This document shows, piece after piece, positions 54,719-64,000 of a stretch of 64,000 nt of DNA. Origin of the DNA: Paraspadella gotoi (lineage: Eukaryota > Animalia > Chaetognatha); assembly GCA_051294375.1 (NCBI GenBank), contig CM119267.1, positions 12,177,692 through 12,241,691 of the forward strand. Direction: 5' to 3'. The notes under the pieces are model-generated. The model saw nothing but the letters and a program-made list of their open reading frames with translations, was not told the origin of the DNA and did not search any database. Position 1 is the first letter of the stretch; each line of letters begins with the position of its first letter. Both the position numbers and the translations under genes were made by a program.

Positions 54719-55754
54719 ATACTATATTTTATATATTTAATTACTTTATTTAATTTAATTTGATTTAATTTAATTACTATATTAGGCCCCGAAAAAAGAT
54801 TAAAACGTATAATAGTTTCAAATTTCTACTACACTTTGGTGACAACAAGAACAACAACAACTTTAATTTTTGCCGTTGAAGACATTATGCTTCTGCCACA
54901 ACATTATAATTTTTGCTCACATTTTTATATCCTTTGTTTACCTTTTAATGACAAATGTCAAATCTGAAATTTAATATTTACTAATTTATTACGAATATAA
55001 TATATATATGAAATTGGTACAACCAATAAAAAATTATTCACCACGTATGGACGACACAAGTTTCAGATCAAGAATGATTTATTCTTCAACAAGGTTATAA
55101 ACAATAACAGTCAAAATGCTCAGATGCTAAGTCTATCACAATGGTATTTACAAAGGTCAACGAATTGACCACATATAAACTGGGGGAACCGAGCGGGGTC
55201 AGGTTGTTAAGGTCAAGTGGTTTGACCGAGGTTGCGTGTTCTATATGTTCGTCCACACTATCTAAATATGTACTTGATATCAAAGAACAAACGAAACAAG
55301 AAAGACAAGCGAGACGAGCAACTTGATCAATACATTTCCTGCATTGATATTTATACTGCTACAGATAAAATAATCCTTATATACCGTTATATATTCACGA
55401 TTACTTTGTTAGATCAAATTATTTACCGTTATATACCGTTACCGTTATAACCTATGTACTGTTATATAATCACCGTTACATTGTCAAAAAAATTTTTGTT
55501 TCCAAGAGCTCCATCCCAGTGTACCTTCTCGCATCAAGCGCTGCGGTCGGATGCGCCTTCGCTCGGGGAGGAAGCTGCAACACTGGGGGCGCCGACTCTC
55601 GTGGCGGCGCGCGTGTAGCCGCTTTATGATTTATCGCCGCTAATGGTGATGGCGGTTAATGGCGGTCGTATACGCGGATCGAACGAGGGAGTGAGCGCGC
55701 TTAGACCAGGTTAGAGCAGGTAGGGAAAGAGAGAGAGAGAGAGAAGAGAGAGGG

Positions 55755-55800
<46 letters not shown>

Positions 55801-56010
55801 CCGGGACCGCTGATTCCGTCCGGCGGCCACCTGGGTTCCCGAGATGGCTCGGCGAGAAATGAAAATGTGCCGGAAATACGCAGGGGCCAGGCAGGGGGAG
55901 GGAGGTTATATTGTGGTTTTTTAGCTTTCGCCCTGAATCGAGTGTCCGTTTAGGAACGCTTCTAGTTTTCTCTTAAGGTTTCTCCGGCTCGGTCTGTAGT
56001 AGCCCTCCCC

Positions 56011-56055
<45 letters not shown>

Positions 56056-56238
56056 TCTCCTCGCTCTTCTCTCAATAACACAAACTGTAAATATTTACCT
56101 AAACTATATAGAAAACAAAAAAGCATGTGGTATGTAAGTTTTAAAAACTGATTAAAACATTTTAGATCGTTGACGAAGTAAATTAAAAAAACCCAAAAAT
56201 CAGCAGTTTAAGTAGAATAATATTTTTCTCATTATTGT

Positions 56239-56484
56239 CTAGACGTTACACATGTACCCACACTCTGTACTAAAGACTAAAATATCTTTGAAGCAGACGA
56301 TTTTACTTAATATGTATTTATCTTCCCATCGAGAGTCCCAAGGAATTTTCGAGATGGTAACATCGCAGTAAAAACTGTTAACGGCCTCGTCCGGCTTTGG
56401 TGGGCATATCTCGACGTGGCCACGAACAGTAACGCACTCGTTCAGTCCGATGTCGTAAGTAATTTTTTGAGAGAATTTGTTTTC
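56239..56484 (-). CDS. Secreted cystatin-like protein, exon 3
   Basis: tctttcccAG, phase 0, open to TAG: ENKFSQKITYDIGLNEC...IC...FYCDVTISKIPW...LSKIVC...CGYMCNV*. The Cys spacing and PW loop resemble the C-terminus of type 2 cystatins. Confidence 0.72.
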   Translation of the reverse strand, partial: ENKFSQKITYDIGLNECVTVRGHVEICPPKPDEAVNSFYCDVTISKIPWDSRWEDKYILSKIVCFKDILVFSTECGYMCNV

Positions 56485-56715
56485 CTGGGAAAGAGAATGA
56501 ACAAGCTAAATAATGTGACTCTCTGGTTTGGCAAACTTTTTTTAATTTGATCAAACATTATGAATAAAACCTTAATTCGCTTCATAAATAAAAAAAATTC
56601 AATATTTATTTTAAATCTCTCAAAACTTTTGATCGTCGTCTTTAATAAATTATATTTTCAACAATATTAACGATCCATTCAATACCCACTCATGCCCCCA
56701 TTCATTAATCATTAC

Positions 56716-56846
56716 CCAGGTAGCATAATGAACGACTTTGTTGAGTTTCAATGCGGCGGCCGTTGATTTGATTTTCGGTGACTTGACGATTTTTCCCATC
56801 AATTCCTTCCCGGTTCTTTGGTAGAAATCGGGGGACAACTTCGCGT
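56716..56846 (-). CDS. Secreted cystatin-like protein, exon 2
   Basis: tttgtccAG / GTAATG, phase 1 to 0: DAKLSPDFYQRTGKELMGKIVKSPKIKSTAAALKLNKVVHYATW. Confidence 0.7.
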
Positions 56847-57177
56847 CTGGACAAATAAGTCACCATAGAATATTTTTAGTCTTTGCGGTTGCGGAACCTT
56901 TACGACAAGGTCTTTTTTTTTCGGAACGCAATAAGACTGGTTTCCCGTTGTGAAAGATGTTTTCACTGAAATGAAAACTGATTTAAAAATCCTTAGTGTG
57001 ATTGTGAATGCTCTCCCACTGATTATGGCATTGAAATACATGCTGAAATATCTGGCAAAAAATGTTCGGCTTCATGCATTTCTCTCTATAAAATAAAAAC
57101 ATGATACTGAAGAGGACATGTCTTGCCGGAGGGATGTGTAGTGACCAGTCGGTTTGGCCGAAGAATAGTCATGTAGA

Positions 57178-57224
<47 letters not shown>

Positions 57225-57404
57225 TTACCCTAAGGTCTGTTTTCCACCTATAAAACGTCAGGTTTTTGTACTGAATTCACTTTCTCATCCCGCTCAATAC
57301 GCGTCTCTTTAATACGAAATACTTTTTTAAAGTTGCTACATATTATCTAGAATAATGAATGAAAATCTCTACGTCTATATTTAACATAAAAATTAGCCAT
57401 TTAC

Positions 57405-57486
57405 CTCGGTCTATGTGCAAAGTCCATCCGTCCAATTGCGTCGCCAGCAATAAAACCACAAAGAGAAACGTTATCATCGTAGCCAT
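57405..57486 (-). CDS. Secreted cystatin-like protein, exon 1 (signal peptide)
   Basis: MATMITFLFVVLLLATQLDGWTLHIDR with GAG|GTAAAT donor in phase 1. Confidence 0.75.
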
Positions 57487-58485
57487 GTTATGCTGTTGAT
57501 TTTTTTTGTTCGCGAGTCTTTTGATGTACTTGTTTGTTCTAGTATTACATGATATCATATTTAAAATAATCAAACCGAGGAAAAAGTTAGCTTTACATTG
57601 TTACATTGCTGTGATTGAAAAAAACAAGGGTTTGGAACGAAGCTTTGAACTAATTGATAAAAAATGTTATTTTATAATCAACAAATTAAAACCGAAAAAA
57701 AAAGTTATGACGGCGAACTATCATTAGGGCGTTTGCATTGTATCGCCCAAATTCAAAACAAGTTGACCGAGAAAAGAAGACATTAATTATCGAGTCGAGG
57801 TTTTCAATTTATGAGATCGACTTTTGAATCTTCACCTTGACGAAATTATTGAATTTAATATACACAAACCGTCCTACTTAACTTTTAAAGTAATTGTGTC
57901 TGACCTTGTAAAAATGTTTATTATTTTATATGCCCGCGAGGGTCGCGCGTTCGATGCGTCGGCCGTTGGATGCACTGACTTTATATTTAACATGGAACAA
58001 GGTTTTATAAATCTCAAAGAGATGTAAATGAAGAGTAAATAAGTTATTCTTGGAAAAGTAAACAAATGTCGAAACAGTGGCTGCGCCAATACATGTAAAT
58101 CGCTTTGAAGGGCTTAAACTGGCTGTTTTTGCGATACAAATAACATTTTACTTTAAAAATATTTTATAAATCAAAACAATAGTAATTTTTTTGCTTGCAT
58201 CACTTTTTAACTCGCCAGATAGGCCTAGGTCCTTCTTGGGAAATATTTTGGTTTACTTTTGCTTCTTAATAATGTCATTGTCATCGTCGTCATCATCCTC
58301 GTTGTTGTTACGTTTTTTATAATTAGAAATTGTTAAAGTGTGTACTTGTAAAAAAATAAAAATTTAGATATGGTTTCTCATCATCAAGATTTTCTAAAAC
58401 TGTATGTTTTATACTGATACAAGTAATTTTTGTTTAAAATCCCTTCAAATTATTGCTTACTGTCATAAGTAAATTAGCATATCAA

Positions 58486-58680
58486 TGAAGAGACAGTAAT
58501 TATTGATATGTGTCAATGACAGAACCGTTCAATATAAGCAGTCCCTGAGCTTCGGATCAGGCTGTAACACCGTGTTACAGGCGGGTTAAGCGGCCCGTCC
58601 CTCTTAACTGCCAGACGACCACCGGGCTAGAACCCCGGACCTTTGGGTTGGGAGGCGAATGACTTGCCTCCGGCACCAAT
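58486..58680 (-). mobile_element. tRNA-derived SINE, second copy
   Basis: Highly similar to 37145-37340. Confidence 0.75.
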
Positions 58681-59374
58681 TTCAGGGGGTAAGTACAATT
58701 ATGTGTCCTACAATAAATTCGTGACGAAAATCCTTGGATTCCGTAAAGACTACGGTTCCAGACAGTCGATCTTTTCCTCCGAAACGATTATGATCGAATA
58801 AGTCAAAGAAGTCTACGAGAAAGCGTCAAGAACGGTTAAAAGACTGGTCTGAAAAGGTCAACTAAATGGACCTGGGAAAAATGACCGGACGCGAGGTCAC
58901 AAAATCTTTCAGACCTTTTATTTACAGACTTTCGTAAACTACTTGTTACCTGCTTGGAATCATTCAGGTCATAAGAACTTACTAATAAGAACTTACAGGA
59001 CTTACGATTTCATAATTCTGATTTTTAGTTTGTACACTTTTCAATCTCTTCTAGAGTAACTCCACTAGTCTCGCAACGCATAAAATAAATCGGAATCGCG
59101 TGTCAAAAATGTCGATATGGACTCGTTGGGCTGACGGCGGCATTGGCAGCTGCCGAGACGAAGAAGAAAATCTAAAGACTAAGTGAGTATTTGAAGTGAA
59201 AGGGGCCAGGTGTAATTAAAAGGAAAGTGGATCAGTGAAACGATAAGAGGAGCGTTATAAGAGAGAGTTTTAAAATTGAAACAAAATAGTATGTAGTTTA
59301 AAAAAACTGCATGAAGAATTCGGGTTCGTTCTTGAACTCGAGCAGTTCTTTTCGACCTCGTCCATATCGGCGTT

Positions 59375-59405
<31 letters not shown>

Positions 59406-59536
59406 GCTCCGCCTTTAAGCCGCCTCTACGCATTGCATCGGAAGAGATTTTTGCTTCAGAAAAGTCGGCGGATTTTCACCGGATCACGGATTTTTTCCAG
59501 TGAAGACTCGATCTGCGAGATTGAAAAAAATGGCTA

Positions 59537-59690
59537 CCGCTCTCCGCTCACCGCTCACCGCTCCCTGCTCTCCGCTCTCTGCTCACCGCTCACCGCTCAC
59601 CACTCTCCCCTCATCGCTCTCCGCCCACCGCTCTCCGCTCTCCGCTCACCGCTAACCGCTCCCCACTCACCGCTCACCGCTCACCGCTTT
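59537..59690. repeat. 7-bp tandem repeat (CCGCTCA/T)
   Basis: Direct reading. Confidence 0.9.
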
Positions 59691-59847
59691 CCGTCCCGTC
59701 CGCCCGGCGTCCTTTTCCGAGTCGCCCGCTCAGCAACGACGAGGAGTGGACCTGAATATATATCGCTTCGCTTCCTCCCTGGAAATGTGTATCATATATC
59801 ACGTTCATATATCAAAGCGTTTTCTGTGATAATTAATCGAATCAAGC

Positions 59848-59947
<100 letters not shown>

Positions 59948-60200
59948 CTCTCTCTCTCTCTGGGATCGATGCGAGCAAAAGATATTGAAGGAAGGTGATA
60001 GATGTGTCGAGGGTAAGTTCGCGGATCGAGATGGCGAAGGGCATGCAGTGTAGGAGGAAAGGAACCATAAGTTTTAGGTCGCTTGGCCGCGAAACAGAAA
60101 CGTCTCACCTGGAACCCAACCCTTGTTTCTTTCGAGGGAGAAAAAAGATGACCCCGACCGCCGAAGGCGGGAAATGGGATGTTGGCCGTAAATGTTACTT

Positions 60201-60413
60201 TATGGTGGTATATTCACACCGCCTCACGTCCACCATCTTTCACCACCATCCCCTCAGAGGGAAAATGCACCATCCCAAGCGTTGCGTTCCATCCACAGTT
60301 CTAACGTTTTCACGTTGACAAAGCGAGATCGTCCTTGGGTAACCGCGCCAATGACAGGAGGCGTCACTTAGAGTCATAAGCCCCCAAAGCCAACAGTGAG
60401 ATGCCCCATCCCA
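60201..60413 (+). mobile_element. Family A element, 3'-truncated copy
   Basis: TATGGTGGTATATTCACACCGCC...AGCCAACAGTGAGATGCCCCATCCCAAT matches family A. Confidence 0.7.
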
Positions 60414-61835
60414 ATTTTGTATATTTTTTATTCTTGTGATCCTGTGATCATCAGGAAATGCTTACGCTTAAAAAATTCACTGCCGCGCAACACCTTGTAC
60501 TTGCCGATTCTTGTTTTTTTCCTTTCTCTATATTCCCGCAATATTCCTCCCTGGCACGGTTCTCTCTATTTCTCCTCTTTCCCTTTTCCTTCTTCGTTGT
60601 TGTTGTTTCTTTCTCTCTTTGCCAGAGGAGATGCGATTCCAGAGTCGAGCGAATTCTTTTGGGTCGAAGGAAAAGGTTAGTCTCGCGTAAAAACGTAAGG
60701 GGGACTATCTTGATGGGAGAAGCCGAGAGCCTACGGACTGGACCGGGGAAAGAAAGGGGAGCGATAGAAAAAAAATGTCTTTGGTTCTCATTTATAAACA
60801 AAGTTTTAAGTCATGTAAAGTTTTTGCGACCGGCGTTTGAATTCGATTGGCGATTTGATTTACAATGTTCCTCAGAATTTCAAAAATATGCGTAATGACG
60901 ATGTGGCGATGGTTAAAGAGAGACTGAGATTGCTTGGATCTGGGACATGGGAAGAAGAAATTTAAGCCCAAAAAAGGGAGGGAGGAGGAAAGAAAAAATG
61001 GAGACTGAGAATTAAGGAAAGAAGGAGAAGAAACCGAGGGCCTTCAGGGAGACAATAACCGGGGATGTGGAAAAAAGGGAATCCGTTGTTTTTGTATTCC
61101 TCGAGTTCGTCGGCGAATAAATCGCGCAAATTGATAGGAAAATATAAGGAAAAGAAAAAAAAAGGAAAAAAAGGCTAAAAAAAAAGGGAGCAGATTAAAA
61201 AACAAAAACTTCGGTAGAAAGCGAAAAAGAAGGGTGATAAAAAGAAAGAGTTCCGAGTTGATGAAAATAAAGAAAAAGAAAAAAAATCTAATCCGAATCT
61301 CAAAGAAAAAAAAGCGGAAGCGACTCGTGCTGCCCTCTTGGACGAACTCGCCGGCGGAGGAGATAACCGAAGGAAATCAAAAGACCATCGGGGTTTTAAT
61401 AGAAATAAAGGGGAAGAAGTGCGGGGGAAAGTGGGAGAAGGTGGACGGCAGATTGCGCTAACGAAAATATTGACGGAAGCGTCCAATAGATAAAGGGGAA
61501 TGTGGAAACAGAAATGGCGGGAAGAAAGACACGAAAAAAAAAGAAAGCCAAATGGAGCGTAACATTGCATGTCGGGTAAACACTAAACAGAACATGGCGT
61601 TAGTCGTCGAAAAGAAAAATCAGTGTCGGAATGTAAGGACGTAAGAGGGAAGAGGAATAACTAGTGAAGATCGTCGTCGTCGTCGTCGTCGTCGTCGTCT
61701 TCGTCGTCGTCTTTTCTATCCTCAACGACCGAAGAGCGGTAATTCCAAAGTTATTTCGTCATTTAAATGATTTTAATCGTTTTTTGTTCCCTAACGAGTT
61801 TTTTTTTGTTTGTTTTGCGGGGAACGACGCGGAAA

Positions 61836-61900
61836 CGGGGGACAAACGGGGGACAAACGGGGGACAAACGGGGGACAAACGGGGGACAAACGGGGGACAG
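61836..61900. repeat. 12-bp tandem repeat (CGGGGGACAAA-like)
   Basis: Direct reading, about 5 copies. Confidence 0.85.
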
Positions 61901-62108
61901 AGGGATAAATAGAGAAAAGAGGGAAAATAGGGTAAAGAGGAAAGAGGAAAGAAGAAACTTGGTCGTTGCCTCTAGGGCGGTGATTCCAGCGGCTTTGTTT
62001 ACAAAATGGAAAAGAATGTATGAACAAGAAAAAAACGTTTTAAAGGCTAGATCTGGAAGAAGTTAAAATATTCTCTGGTCCGTCACGAAAATTTAAAAAA
62101 AAGTCATA

Positions 62109-62328
62109 TGTGGATAAGGCGCTACATGGGCTGAAGATGACTGTCCGTAACTTCTATAACCCCCTCTAGCAACCACGTCCTCACGCTTCCCGCAGGGTAG
62201 GTACCGGGTTAGGATCGAACCCGGTACCTAGTGGTCATGAGCTGATGGCTTTACTCAATGAGCCACCTGGTCACAACTGAAAGTGTCTTGATTCTCGGCG
62301 GGGTGAACCTAGGCAATGCCCGACTACA
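62109..62328 (-). mobile_element. Family C TGT..ACA element, second full copy
   Basis: Reverse-complement homologue of 53948-54222 with a shorter 3' half. 4-bp TSD CATA; B box GGTTCGATCC. Confidence 0.75.
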
Positions 62329-62410
62329 CATACTTGGACAAATAAAACCATGACGAAAACAAAAAGGAAAAGAGACAGAAAATAAAAGAAAGACAACGAT
62401 GACGACGACA

Positions 62411-62441
<31 letters not shown>

Positions 62442-62750
62442 CGATCTCGCCTCTGACTCAAGCGACGAAGACGAAGGGCGAAAAGAGGGAACGTTGAAAG
62501 GCGATGGCGTTGCACCGGGAGCTCTGGTGATATCTCTGTCTTGGGAGCTGCTAAGTTAATGTAAAAAATATTTAAATGTATCCTGAGAAAATCGTAGTTT
62601 TAAACAAAAAAAGGGAATCGAGAATTGAGCCGAACTCAAGAATCAAGAAGCCGGGGTCTCTGAGGCGCCGACGGAGCGTGAGCCAGGCGCGTTGCGGGTG
62701 AGTTGAGATGTCAATGGTGAGGCGCGAGGATGAAGGAACCAAAGAGAGAG

Positions 62751-62827
<77 letters not shown>

Positions 62828-63827
62828 TGAGAGTTAGAAAAAAAGGAAAGGAAAGGGAGGAAATGTTTTGAAAAAAAAAAGGTTTTGTCTTAGAAAAGTC
62901 AAAAAGAATAAGGGCTCATTGACAACGACGAGGATGACGACGACGACGACAATGACGTTGAAATTCAACTTGAATACCATGATGAGGACGATGATGCCGA
63001 CGACGACGACGACGAAGACCCTCGTTTTTTGTTTTCAGATTCCGTTTTTGATGAGATGGGCGCCAAAGCAGAGGGAGCTTTGGAGCCGCGGGAAAATAAT
63101 CAACAAAAATCTGCGGTGAAGGAAAATGAACAAATCAGGACACGGGATGTTGGAAGAACTTTCCGAAAGTTAAACTTACGTTATTAGACCTATTAAAAAT
63201 GATTAGTTATAAAGAAGGGTTTAAAAAAGTTTTCAACGTTCACGAAGAAAGTGTTTTATAGTAGTTCTACTAATAAAAAATATAAATATTCGTCTTAGTG
63301 GAACCAAAAATAGACTTACCCGCCTCACGCCCCCAGGCTACTCCCCCTCCGCCCCTCCTCGGCCCCCTCCGCCCCTCCCCGCCCCCCTCCGCCCCCGAAA
63401 CGACGAAACCTTGACGCGAAGATTCGTCGCCGTAAAATTCCTCGCTTCTCGTCCCTTCACCTTCGTCGCGGCGGGAAACTCGTTTTGTTTGTTTTTGTTT
63501 TTGTTTTGTTTTTCAAATTTAAAACCGCCAAGCGTCAAAACGACGACGACGAAAAAGAAAACAAGAGACTCCAAAACCTGAAAACATCATCATCATCGTC
63601 TTCATGCTGCCGACATTGTTTTTGTTTTACTTGGTTTTCGCAAAGGCTTTTGTAGTAACTAATTTAGTTTATTTTAATACTAGATTAATTTTTCTTAAGC
63701 AGAACTTGTAAAGGACTGTTTTTTTTTATTCACCTTTATTTTTGTATATTTAGTTCTATTAATTGATTGCATCGGTCAGCGAACTGCATTCTTTTATTTG
63801 CTATGTTATTTCCTCCGTCGTCGTTTT

Positions 63828-63875
<48 letters not shown>

Positions 63876-64000
63876 AAACTAAATTTTCATAAAATTTTTT
63901 TCATTAGCTCCGAAGTCAGAATTAAATTTTGTTATTTTCGGATTTTTCTTACTTTTGCAGCTGCCATGCTGCGGCTGGTTGCGAAAATTAAGGCTAAAAA

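Overview
Repeat-rich, intron-rich animal (probably invertebrate) genomic DNA with many (AG)n/(CT)n microsatellites and three N-gaps; the organism cannot be identified from the sequence. The main feature is a minus-strand, multi-exon rhodopsin-class peptide GPCR of the FMRFamide/sex-peptide/myosuppressin-receptor type, spread over about 48 kb. I rebuilt its exons by hand from GT-AG sites with matching phases; the start exon and part of intracellular loop 3 were not found. Its frame hits a single TAG at 2284-2286 and then stays open and in phase for 517 more codons over two further introns, ending in the PDZ-binding motif ETTV, which makes it a stop-readthrough candidate. A plus-strand gene of about 6 exons, encoding a probably myristoylated disordered protein, is nested antisense in one GPCR intron. 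A 3-exon secreted cystatin-fold gene lacking QxVxG lies at 56.2-57.5 kb. Mobile DNA includes two Penelope-like (GIY-YIG) relics, minimal hammerhead-ribozyme motifs (one pair as a 186-bp palindrome), short TG..CA elements with 4-bp TSDs and internal tRNA-like boxes, tRNA SINEs, Helentron-type (HINE/DINE-1-like) elements, MITEs and several minisatellites. All gene models come from manual reading, with no database search.
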